Shown: positions 22,983-31,256, counted from the stretch's first letter. The stretch is DNA of 37,647 bases from Candidatus Levybacteria bacterium RIFCSPLOWO2_01_FULL_39_10 (GCA_001782515.1 MFOV01000008.1:1-37647); one strand, 5' to 3'. Program-made: numbers and translations. Notes: a model not told the origin generated them from the letters alone.

Positions 22983-23305
22983 ACAACCTCCGCGCCGGTT
23001 TCTACCTCTGAAGTTGGTTCAAGAAGAACTGTTTTGTCCTCGACATCAATTGCCAAGATCATTCCCTGTGATTCCTCGCCTCTTATTTTTCTATATTCCA
23101 AATTTACAACAAAAGGAAAAGTTCTTCCAATTAAATCTTCGGGAGAAAAACTCTCGGCAATTCCTGATATGATTTGGCGTTTAAAATCACCAAAATCAAC
23201 CTGGAGTTTTAGGAGCTTATCGGCTCCGTCGACCCTCTCGCACTCAAGAACCTTCCCCATCCTGATTTCTACCTGTTTGAATTGTTCAAAGGTAACTTTG
23301 CTCAT
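22979..23305 (-). CDS. tRNA-binding domain protein (CsaA / MetRS C-terminal-like)
   Basis: FEQFKQVEIRMGKVLECERVDGADKLLKLQVDFGD...ISGIA...NLEYRKIRGEESQGMILA, the typical OB-fold tRNA-binding pattern. Confidence 0.85.
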   Translation of the reverse strand: MSKVTFEQFKQVEIRMGKVLECERVDGADKLLKLQVDFGDFKRQIISGIAESFSPEDLIGRTFPFVVNLEYRKIRGEESQGMILAIDVEDKTVLLEPTSEVETGAEVV

Positions 23306-23340
23306 AAAACTCTAAATTCTAATATCTAAATCCTAAATAA
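23306..23340. repeat. heptamer module, left flank of the four-helix-bundle gene
   Basis: aaaactc taaattc taatatc taaatcc taaataa; starts directly after the ATG of 22979..23305. Confidence 0.8.
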
Positions 23341-23342
23341 AT

Positions 23343-23704
23343 TCAAATTTTCGAATTCTCCAAAATCTTACCAAATATTTTTCTTAATTGTACGACTTCA
23401 TCTAAAAGTTCTCGTTTTGCGTCATTAAGGCCATTGCTTACATCAATCAAGTTAAGCCAATATTGTGTTTCCTTAGCTTCCTTTCTGCAAATCATAATTC
23501 TCATCAAAAAATCTTTTTTACTTAATGCTTCGTTTGCTTCGACATAATTAGCACCAACTGAACCACTAGATCTTACTAATTGTTTTCCGTCTTCAAAGTT
23601 GGAAACGCTTTTCGGCAGTTTTTTACAAAGTCTCTCGTTTCTTTAGCGAATTTCAAAGTCCTATCTTCTAAATCATATTGTTTTGAATTTTGAGTTTTGA
23701 TCAT
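23343..23704 (-). pseudogene. four-helix-bundle protein (23S rRNA IVS-type) gene with a 1-nt frameshift
   Basis: Frame 1 reads MIKTQNSKQYDLEDRTLKFAKETRDFVKN.. and stops. The shifted frame continues KKLPKSVSNFEDGKQLVRSSGSVGANYVEANEALSKKDFLMRIMICRKEAKETQYWLNLID..., the family signature. The shift is at a 6-nt A run (plus-strand T run 23629-23634); span is 362 nt, which is 3n-1. Confidence 0.8.
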
Positions 23705-23738
23705 TATTTAGAATTTAGTGCTTAGTATTTAGGATTTA
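23704..23738. repeat. heptamer module, right flank of the four-helix-bundle gene, inverted relative to 23306-23340
   Basis: ttattta gaattta gtgctta gtattta ggattta; its reverse complement resembles the left-flank units; overlaps the zwf stop. Confidence 0.8.
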
Positions 23739-25184
23739 TAGCCATCGGCGATTGTCTTTTTCTATAAGCTCTATTCCCTCTTTTGGTCCCCAACTTTCAC
23801 CTTTATAAACAGGCAAATTTTTATCATTTTGCCATTCTTTTAAGACGCTGTCCAAAAGACTCCAGGAATTTTGAATTTCATCCGATCTTGTAAAAAGTGT
23901 CTGGTCTCCTGAAAAAATATCAAGAAGAACCTTTTCATATGCATCAAGACCAACTGTTCCGAAATCATTCTTGTAATCAAAACGCATTCCAACTGTTCCA
24001 AGACTAAGAGTCGGACCAGGACGCTTGGCAATTACCCGAAGTGAGATTCCCTCGTTTGGTTGAATCCTAAATGTCAGAACATTCCCCACCTCAGGACAGC
24101 CGTATTCTTTAAAAAGGATATGGCAAGTTTGAATAAAAACAACTGAGATTGAAATATCATCTCTTTGCATATTTTTGCCGGCTCTAATATAAAAAGGCAC
24201 CCCGGAAAATCTCTCGGTTTCAACTAAAAGTTTCATTGCAGTATAAGTTTCGGTTTGGGAGGCGGGCATGACATTTGCGTCATTTAAATATCCCTCGTAT
24301 TGTCCTCGAACTGCACGGGAATCAGAAAGTTTTACAGCTCCTGTTACTTTTGCTCTTTCTTCTCTTACATCTTCTTTAGTAAAACTTTTTGGCTGCTCCA
24401 TGACAACAGCAGATATTAGCTGCATAATGTGATTTTGTACGACATCTCGCAATATTCCTACTCCGTCAAAAAAACTTCCGCGGTTTCCTATTCCCTCTTT
24501 TTCTGCCCAGGTAATTTGCACGTGGTCTATAAATTTATTATTCCAGACAGGCTCAAAAATACTGTTAGCAAACCGAAATGCTAAAATATTCTGTACTGTT
24601 TCTTTGCCTAGATAATGATCTACTCTAAATATCTGCTCTTCCGCAAATGAACCTGATAATTTTTCCTCCAATGCTTTTGAGTGCTGGAAGTCTTTTCCAA
24701 AAGGTTTCTCAATTATCACCTTGGTGGGACTGTGGCCTTCGTGTCCGCAACTATCAGAAAGCTTAGTTGAAACCATATTATCTAGGATTTCAGAATAATT
24801 TTTAGGGGGAGTCGCTAAGTAAAAAAACCGAGTTAAACATGTTCCCATTTTCTCATCAATTGAATTTAGTTTTTCTATTAAATCCTGGTATCCTTTTTCT
24901 TCTTCAAAAGTGCCCCTAAGATACATTATGTGTTTGGAAAAACTATCCCATTCTTCTTTTTCTTCAAGCTCTTCGAACGATTTTTTAAATTCGCCTTCCG
25001 AATATTCACGCCTGGAAAATCCTAATATATAAAATTCGTCAGGAAGCATTTTTTTGTTATATAAAGAAAGAAGTCCCGGAATCAGTCTTGTATGAGCAAG
25101 ATCTCCTGTTGCTCCAAAAATAACTAAAACGAAAGGGTTTTTAAGATCGGGAAATACCTTTGGGCCACCATCCATAACAATCAT
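23736..25184 (-). CDS. zwf: glucose-6-phosphate 1-dehydrogenase
   Basis: IFGATGDLA NADP site, EKPFG, active-site RVDHYLGKE; 482 aa. Confidence 0.95.
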   Translation of the reverse strand: MIVMDGGPKVFPDLKNPFVLVIFGATGDLAHTRLIPGLLSLYNKKMLPDEFYILGFSRREYSEGEFKKSFEELEEKEEWDSFSKHIMYLRGTFEEEKGYQDLIEKLNSIDEKMGTCLTRFFYLATPPKNYSEILDNMVSTKLSDSCGHEGHSPTKVIIEKPFGKDFQHSKALEEKLSGSFAEEQIFRVDHYLGKETVQNILAFRFANSIFEPVWNNKFIDHVQITWAEKEGIGNRGSFFDGVGILRDVVQNHIMQLISAVVMEQPKSFTKEDVREERAKVTGAVKLSDSRAVRGQYEGYLNDANVMPASQTETYTAMKLLVETERFSGVPFYIRAGKNMQRDDISISVVFIQTCHILFKEYGCPEVGNVLTFRIQPNEGISLRVIAKRPGPTLSLGTVGMRFDYKNDFGTVGLDAYEKVLLDIFSGDQTLFTRSDEIQNSWSLLDSVLKEWQNDKNLPVYKGESWGPKEGIELIEKDNRRWL

Positions 25185-25225
25185 TATATGTACTTGAATA
25201 AATTATTTCAAAGACAAAAAGTGTC

Positions 25226-25254
25226 TTGACAAAAAAATATACCACTAATATACT
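25226..25254 (+). promoter_or_regulatory. sigma70-like promoter, leaderless, for 25264..25689
   Basis: TTGACA (25226-25231), 17 nt, TATACT (25249-25254), 9 nt to ATG. Confidence 0.55.
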
Positions 25255-25263
25255 CTTCAGGAA

Positions 25264-25689
25264 ATGGCAATGGTCGAACAAGAATATTCTCATGCTGTGC
25301 CCCAGGAAACAGTTGAGTCAAGTTTGGATGATCAAATTTTAGGAATTCGAAGTGCTGTACTTGGTTATCTTTCATTTAATGGCGCTGATAATCAATTCAA
25401 CATAGAATACCGAGGAGAAAATGAAAATATTTGGCTTCTTAATATCAGACCAAATGATCCAAGCCAAGATTTTGCACAAATATCATTGGGAGCGCCTGTA
25501 AAAAAAGACGGAAAGCTTTTTGCAGTTATTCATTTTCCGGCTACTCTCAAAAACTCTGGTAAGGATGATTCGGATAATGATTTTGGTCCTATCGCTTTAG
25601 AGGGGCTGGATGCAATTGGGCCAATTAAAAAAGCGCTGTCTCCTATATATGAAGGCCGGCCAAAAATTCGCGTTAATGATCCCGCTTAA
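25264..25689 (+). CDS. hypothetical protein (141 aa)
   Basis: ATG ORF behind a good promoter; no motif recognised. Confidence 0.5.
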   Translation: MAMVEQEYSHAVPQETVESSLDDQILGIRSAVLGYLSFNGADNQFNIEYRGENENIWLLNIRPNDPSQDFAQISLGAPVKKDGKLFAVIHFPATLKNSGKDDSDNDFGPIALEGLDAIGPIKKALSPIYEGRPKIRVNDPA

Positions 25690-26471
25690 ATAATCTGGTC
25701 TGTAATGAGGATTGTTTTTTGAGCAACCTCAGGCTTTTTGTAAAACCTTGCTGGAACATTCGATACATCATCTTGCCCTGAGCCTGTCGAAGGATCAAAC
25801 ATTAACTTTAGCGCTTCCCTTTTCTCTCTTCCCAAAACGAGTATTAATATAAGATCAAGAAGAGAAAGTGCATGGAAATTCATGGTAATTCTCTGCCCAT
25901 ATCCTTCAAGTTCGTAAAAATCAACAAAACCGCTCTGATCCTCCATCATTTTTTTTACGATATTTTCAGAGCTTTGAGTTTTTAGCTTTGAGTTTTTAGC
26001 TCGGGCAGGAATGCCCGCCGTGTGTCCATCATCACCAATTCCTAAAATTCCGACACTTTTTGGAAAATACTCAAAAATAAATCTGAGGGCTTCATCATAT
26101 TCTTTTGTGGTCTGTTCGATATTTTTATCTTGGAGAATTGGATAAAAACGTACATTTTTATTTTCAAAATAAGAAAGAAGTCCAGTTGATCTTATCATCA
26201 GCTCGTTACTGTTTCTCTTATCTTTTGTGGAGTACCTCTCATCAATCAGCCCAACTGCACCTGCTTTTAATGTTTTATCTCCCGCTAATTTTTCATAAAG
26301 CCTCTTAGGGGTTGTTCCGCCTGATAAGAAAAGTGCTGTTTTCTGATCTGAATATTTATTAAGAATTTCTGATAATATCTCGTTTGCTTTTTGAAAAGTT
26401 GGCAATTGCACTACAACAATTCCTTCTTTTTCTGTGAATTGATTAAGCCCTAAAAGATGGGACCTTTGCAT
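25686..26471 (-). CDS. pgl: 6-phosphogluconolactonase
   Basis: LSGGTTP and GIGDDGHTAG motifs of the 6PGL/NagB family; adjacent to zwf and gnd; contains an in-frame heptamer module. Confidence 0.82.
   Translation of the reverse strand: MQRSHLLGLNQFTEKEGIVVVQLPTFQKANEILSEILNKYSDQKTALFLSGGTTPKRLYEKLAGDKTLKAGAVGLIDERYSTKDKRNSNELMIRSTGLLSYFENKNVRFYPILQDKNIEQTTKEYDEALRFIFEYFPKSVGILGIGDDGHTAGIPARAKNSKLKTQSSENIVKKMMEDQSGFVDFYELEGYGQRITMNFHALSLLDLILILVLGREKREALKLMFDPSTGSGQDDVSNVPARFYKKPEVAQKTILITDQII
25969..26003. repeat. heptamer module inside pgl
   Basis: gagcttt gagtttt tagcttt gagtttt tagctcg; encodes AKNSKLKTQSS. Confidence 0.85.
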
Positions 26472-26675
26472 TTGGAGCTAGTATATCAGATTTTCCGCTA
26501 TTTTAGAGGCTTTTAATCTTTGGATTTGAACCTTAAAGCACAGGAGTTAAAGCAGTATCAGAATCTTCTTTCACCCCTCCTCTGATTTTTGCATTGTCAT
26601 ATTTTGATTATAACAGCATTTTGTAAAGTTATTATTAAATTCTTATCAAGATTAAATTCTTTATATGTCCTATAG

Positions 26676-26704
26676 TTGACTTGCATGGAGTATTTTTGTA
26701 TAAT
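26676..26704 (+). promoter_or_regulatory. near-consensus sigma70 promoter of the two-gene GHKL operon
   Basis: TTGACT (26676-26681), 17 nt, TATAAT (26699-26704); ATG 14 nt downstream, no SD. Confidence 0.65.
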
Positions 26705-26718
26705 TCGCGCACCAAAAT

Positions 26719-28476
26719 ATGGTAAAAGAAATTGAACAATTAAGGCAAATTCAGAATCAACGTGACATCTTTTCTTCTCTTGCAGATAAAAGAGAAAAGC
26801 AGCATTCTCAGCTCGGACAAAATCTCGGTCAAGTGGGTATTGAGCGTGATATTAGAATTGGTCAGGTAATGGAAAGAACGCTAAACCGCTGGCAAAGACT
26901 ATCTGAACAAACCGAAGCTCTCGACCAGAAGCTAAATGAGGAGAGCGTTAAAGTGAATGATCAGGTTCAAAAATTAAGAGAATTATCAGAAAGAAATCCA
27001 GTTATCGTTCCGATTGTTACGAGATATGAAGAAGAACTTGTCTCATTAGGTTTTAGAAATATTCCTGAAGTCAAACAAGCCAAACCTGAAAAACCAATTG
27101 AACCCCAACAAACCGAGGAAGTGAAACCTGTAAGGAAAAAAACAGTTGTTGGGAAAAAACCAGATAAAGTGGTAACAAAAGCTGTAAAAGGTGAAGAAGT
27201 CGAACTTCTTTCCGGACAGGAGGTTGTTATAAGTGGAAAGCTTAAATCTGAACTTTTAAAGGCAGTTGATGAAGGAATGTCATCCCCGGAAGGTCTCGCG
27301 GTTAGGATATACGGCGAAGATACACCAGCTAAAAGAAAGGCTTTAAACAAATTAATGAATGCTTTAAATAAGGATCTTTCAGATTTTAGACTCAGGGTAA
27401 TAAATCAGGTCCCACCAAGAGCACGGTTTCAGGGTGTTCAGGCCCGATACAATCTGAGAAGTATCGATGAGCCTCAGCTGCAAATAGCTCCTTGGGCAGA
27501 AGTTATTGAAGCTACGTTACCTAAAGAGCCTGAAGAAATTTTAGCAGAAGGAAGAAGAATTCGAATAGTACCTAAAGAAGAAATAGAAGAGCTTATGAAG
27601 GCGGAAAAACCTTCTGAAAGAAGAGGTTATATAAAAGATTCAGTAATTCTTGGTTTTTATGAGAGGAAACCAAGAAACGTAACACTTCCTAATGGACAAG
27701 TAATTGAAACTGATTCTGCCTGGCCTTATTACTTAGCTCAATTCATTGCAGATGGAACAAATAGTGTTGGTGAAATGGCTGAAAAAGTCTATGGAGAAGA
27801 CAATAAAAAAAATCGAGGAAGAGTAAATGCCGCAATTGCTGCAGCAAATAGAACAATTAAAAACAGTGGGTATAAATTTGCAAATATTACTAGTAGATCT
27901 GATAGCAATAGAGGAATACAATCAAAGTTTGAGTGGCATGACCCAAGTGGCAATGCGGTAATATTAAGGAAACATGAAGTAGTTTTACCTCCAAAAGTTC
28001 CAGATACAATAGCTGAGGTAATAGAAATCCCCTATACCCCATCAGAAGATGAAATAAGATCTGATGAGGAGACAAGGATAGTCATAGCACTAACCTCCAT
28101 GCTTAAAAATAGTTCAGTTATAGATTTTGCAGTACTGCAAAGACTTCTAAGGACCGAGGATAGAATTAAGACGCTACATAGGCAGAGAATGTATAGGCCG
28201 TATCAGGCAGACGAGTTAAGATCTCTGTTTGCCTCTGGGTTAAAAAAATTACAAGAAGAATCGCTCTCGCCCGTTTTAAGAAAATCTTGGACAGAAAATG
28301 ACGAGAAAGCATGGGTCAATATTCAGACACTTGTTGCAAGACTAGCAGGCGGTAACTTTGAAGAATTTATCAAAGAGATACAAAGACTGATAAATAGAGC
28401 GACAAGAGGATTTTATGAGCCTCATGATGGGAAGGCTGTTGAATGGATAAAGCTCCCACCGGGAAACGGAGAATAA
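26719..28476 (+). CDS. coiled-coil protein with two OmpR/PhoB-like winged-helix repeats (585 aa), partner of the GHKL ATPase
   Basis: N-terminal heptad-like coiled coil (aa 1-110), K/P/E-rich linker, gapless internal repeat aa 161-247 versus 321-406 (VELLSGQ/VTLPNGQ, RIYGED/KVYGED, KRKALNKLMNALNKDL/NRGRVNAAIAAANRTI) with a Trans_reg_C-like pattern, then a helical C-terminal domain. Confidence 0.75.
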   Translation: MVKEIEQLRQIQNQRDIFSSLADKREKQHSQLGQNLGQVGIERDIRIGQVMERTLNRWQRLSEQTEALDQKLNEESVKVNDQVQKLRELSERNPVIVPIVTRYEEELVSLGFRNIPEVKQAKPEKPIEPQQTEEVKPVRKKTVVGKKPDKVVTKAVKGEEVELLSGQEVVISGKLKSELLKAVDEGMSSPEGLAVRIYGEDTPAKRKALNKLMNALNKDLSDFRLRVINQVPPRARFQGVQARYNLRSIDEPQLQIAPWAEVIEATLPKEPEEILAEGRRIRIVPKEEIEELMKAEKPSERRGYIKDSVILGFYERKPRNVTLPNGQVIETDSAWPYYLAQFIADGTNSVGEMAEKVYGEDNKKNRGRVNAAIAAANRTIKNSGYKFANITSRSDSNRGIQSKFEWHDPSGNAVILRKHEVVLPPKVPDTIAEVIEIPYTPSEDEIRSDEETRIVIALTSMLKNSSVIDFAVLQRLLRTEDRIKTLHRQRMYRPYQADELRSLFASGLKKLQEESLSPVLRKSWTENDEKAWVNIQTLVARLAGGNFEEFIKEIQRLINRATRGFYEPHDGKAVEWIKLPPGNGE

Positions 28477-28477
28477 G

Positions 28478-30016
28478 ATGAGCCCAGAAAGAACAGCACA
28501 TCAAGGACAGCCACATGATTTAGTAATAAGAGAAGAAATTTCAACTCGTGCAATTGAAGCTCTTATGGCAAATTACAGAGATTCTCAGCAGGCGATTTTG
28601 GATCTTGTTGATAATGCAGTTGATAATAGAATCGAGGGCAAGCCATCTACAATAAGAATCAGGGTCTCAAAAGACGAAATAACAATTACAAATACAGGTG
28701 GCAAAGGTCTTAATTCAGAGGGATTAACAAATTATTTTAAGTGGGGTCATTCTGAAAAAACAGATGCTGAAATTGGTCAATTCGGTGTTGGCGGAAAAGC
28801 TGCAATGGGATTTTTAGGAAGGGGCATGGAAATAACTTGTTCTGCAGACGGTTCAGACACTGAATACCATGTTGAGGATATATCCTGGGAATCAAGATCT
28901 GAAGGATCGCTCAAAGAATTTACGCCGGAAGTTAAAAGAGCAGAATCTGAGGATGGTTATTTTAGAGTAAAAGTAACTGGTCTTAAGAGAGTAATAAATT
29001 CACAAGCGCTCGCAACAAAAATTGGTGATATTTATAGACCATTGCTTCTAGACAGATCAATAATAGCAACGGTAAATGGAAAACCTGTTGAACCAGTTAG
29101 CGTAAACTATGTTGAGGGTAATCCAGAACTAAAATCACAGAAGTATAAACTGGGTACGCGGTTTGGCGATGAAATCGAAGCGGAATTTGGAATACTCCAG
29201 CCAAATCAACGGGTTAAACCAGGAATCAGATGTTATTATAGGGGAAGGCTTATTGAAAGCGAACAATTTTTTGGTCACCCAGGACCTGCGCAGCTTGCCG
29301 GAAGCTCCCGCCTCATTGGCGAAGTACATTTAGACAATGTACCTGTAATACCAAATAAATCATCATTTATTCACAGTAGTTTGGAGTGGGAACAAGCATC
29401 AAGAGCAATACATAATGCCTTGAATCCATGGATGGAGAAAATAGAAAAATTAAGACCAGATTCAAGTGTTAACGTTGAAAGATATGAAAAAGATCTTGCA
29501 AGAAATGCTAAAAGAATTATAGAACATGTTCTTTCAGAATCTGGAATTATCACAAAAGCACTGCTTCCGGGCGGATCGATTGGACGTTTGCCTGCCGAAG
29601 ATCAAGAATCACCGAGACCAAATCCAAAAGGAACACATAAATCTCCAAAATCAATTGAGGGCAGAACTGCCCCTAAACTTCAAGCGCGAGGAGAAACAAA
29701 AAGATGGGGCGCAATGCATCAGGTGGATATAGTTTCTATGGGAAATGATCAAATCAGATCTGTTGTAATAGATGATGAAAAAACAAGAAGAAAGATTTTA
29801 ATAATCAACTCTGATTATCCACTGTACAAAGCGAATAAAAAATTGGGACCTGAGGCTCAAGAACTTTATATGGCTGAAACAATAGCTGCAGAAATATGCA
29901 GATTAGTTACAAAAGATAGATCAGTGGAGGATTATATTGAGATGGTTAACGAAATTATGGGAGATTGCGGAAGAATTATTGGTAGTAGAATAACACGAAG
30001 AAACGCAAGAAATTAA
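28478..30016 (+). CDS. GHKL (Bergerat-fold) ATPase, MORC / HATPase_c_3-like (512 aa)
   Basis: N box AILDLVDNAVDN (aa 39-50), G1-like TNTGGKGL (aa 71-78, non-canonical), G2 IGQFGVGGKAAMGFLG (aa 99-114), then MORC-like IYRPLL...VNGKPVEP and YYRGRLI segments; ATG is 1 nt after the stop of the upstream gene. Confidence 0.8.
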   Translation: MSPERTAHQGQPHDLVIREEISTRAIEALMANYRDSQQAILDLVDNAVDNRIEGKPSTIRIRVSKDEITITNTGGKGLNSEGLTNYFKWGHSEKTDAEIGQFGVGGKAAMGFLGRGMEITCSADGSDTEYHVEDISWESRSEGSLKEFTPEVKRAESEDGYFRVKVTGLKRVINSQALATKIGDIYRPLLLDRSIIATVNGKPVEPVSVNYVEGNPELKSQKYKLGTRFGDEIEAEFGILQPNQRVKPGIRCYYRGRLIESEQFFGHPGPAQLAGSSRLIGEVHLDNVPVIPNKSSFIHSSLEWEQASRAIHNALNPWMEKIEKLRPDSSVNVERYEKDLARNAKRIIEHVLSESGIITKALLPGGSIGRLPAEDQESPRPNPKGTHKSPKSIEGRTAPKLQARGETKRWGAMHQVDIVSMGNDQIRSVVIDDEKTRRKILIINSDYPLYKANKKLGPEAQELYMAETIAAEICRLVTKDRSVEDYIEMVNEIMGDCGRIIGSRITRRNARN

Positions 30017-30017
30017 T

Positions 30018-31127
30018 TTATGGAAGAATTGATTCTCCTGATATTATTCTTAAAATATCTTTGTAAGAAATAAAGGCAAGAAAACTTAGGAGTAAAAATA
30101 TTCCAATCATGTGAGCATATGCTTCAAATTTTGGACTGACTTTTCGCCCAGTTACAGCCTCAATCATAATAAACAGCAATCGTCCGCCATCAAGTGCCGG
30201 AATCGGAAGAATATTAAGAACCGCAAGCGAGAGACTTAACATATAAACAAGCGCCAAAACCGCGTTTGGTCCAACTTGGACGAATTCCCCCGTAAGCTGT
30301 GCCATACCAATCGGACCTGCAACCCCTTCAGGTAATGTGAGTTTTGTAATAAGCGTTACCATCATGTCTTTAAAAGCAAATACAACTCGGGCGCTGTCCT
30401 CTCCTGCCTGCTTAAATCCATAAAATAAACTCTTCGGGAACGGATATTTCGCAACTTCGATGTTTTGAGAGATTGCGATTCCCATCGGCCCTTGATCTTT
30501 TGGAAATTCTTTTCTTGGCGTAACATTAATTATCTTAAGACTTCCTTCTCTTTGGACAACTATTGTTATTTCTTGTCCCAGATTTTTGCGGGTCTCAGAA
30601 ACTAGAGTTTCGGAATCAGTAATTTTAGTGCCGTTGATTTCTCGTATTAAATCGTCTTTTTTAAGCCCTGATATTTGGGCGGGAGTGTTAGCAACAATTT
30701 CTGTTACTCTAATATCCTGCCCGGGCGTTGGTATTCCCTCAAACGTCAAAAGATATGTTGCAATTACAACTGCCAGGAGAAAATTCATTACAACTCCGGC
30801 AACAACAACAATTGCCCTTTGGTATTTTGGTCGTGCAAAAAAAGCTCTATCCAAATCAGCTGATGGCTTATGGCTAATGGCTAATGGCTTAATTTTGCCT
30901 CCGCCTGCCTCATCTTCACCATAAAGCTTTACAAATCCGCCTATGGGAAGTGCATTTATCGAATAAATTGTTTCTCCCTTTTTTTTGCTCCAAATTCTGG
31001 GCGGGAAGCCAAAGCCGAATTCCTCAATTTTTATTCCGAATTTTCGAGCTGTCAGATAGTGACCAAGTTCGTGAATTAAAACAAGAATTGTAAGAATTAC
31101 TAAAAAGGTAAAGATGGTAAGTAGCAT
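30018..31127 (-). CDS. rseP: RIP metalloprotease RseP (site-2 protease, M50)
   Basis: HELGHY zinc motif in the first TM helix, PDZ domain, C-terminal NILPIPALDGG motif; contains a heptamer module. Confidence 0.92.
   Translation of the reverse strand: MLLTIFTFLVILTILVLIHELGHYLTARKFGIKIEEFGFGFPPRIWSKKKGETIYSINALPIGGFVKLYGEDEAGGGKIKPLAISHKPSADLDRAFFARPKYQRAIVVVAGVVMNFLLAVVIATYLLTFEGIPTPGQDIRVTEIVANTPAQISGLKKDDLIREINGTKITDSETLVSETRKNLGQEITIVVQREGSLKIINVTPRKEFPKDQGPMGIAISQNIEVAKYPFPKSLFYGFKQAGEDSARVVFAFKDMMVTLITKLTLPEGVAGPIGMAQLTGEFVQVGPNAVLALVYMLSLSLAVLNILPIPALDGGRLLFIMIEAVTGRKVSPKFEAYAHMIGIFLLLSFLAFISYKDILRIISGESILP
30855..30889. repeat. heptamer module inside rseP
   Basis: atcagct gatggct tatggct aatggct aatggct; encodes KPLAISHKPSAD. 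Confidence 0.85.
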
Positions 31128-31133
31128 ATTTTC

Positions 31134-31252
31134 TAGACGATAGATTGTAGAAGGTAGATAGTAGAATCTTGAAGATAGAAGATTGAAGATCGATTCTATC
31201 TTCTACCGTCAACCCTCAAGCTACTATCATCTATTTTCTACCATCCATTGTC
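31134..31252. repeat. 17-unit phased heptamer array with mirror (inverted) halves
   Basis: tagacga tagattg tagaagg tagatag tagaatc ttgaaga tagaaga ttgaaga tcgattc | tatcttc taccgtc aaccctc aagctac tatcatc tattttc taccatc cattgtc; the right half is the reverse-complement type (..TCTA/..TCAA) of the left TAGA/TTGA units. Confidence 0.85.
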
Positions 31253-31256
31253 AAGT

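Noticed and set aside
23306-23340. Resemblance of TTTAGGA/TTTAGAT heptamers to plant-type telomeric TTTAGGG repeats.
   Set aside because: The units are degenerate and internal to a bacterial gene-dense region. Other modules use unrelated words. The similarity is most simply a coincidence of AT-rich heptamers.
26521-26535. tRNA-like T-loop sequence GGTTCAAATCC (minus strand) in the spacer upstream of the GHKL operon. It could have marked a tRNA gene or an att-site remnant.
   Set aside because: The flanking bases do not form a 5-bp T stem (TAAGG against CCAAA has two A-A mismatches). I could not build a convincing acceptor, D or anticodon arm in the surrounding 80 nt.
31134-31252. CRISPR array interpretation of the tandem repeat blocks.
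   Set aside because: The units are 7 nt and contiguous, with no unique spacers of 25-40 nt, no repeats of CRISPR length, and no cas genes in the window.
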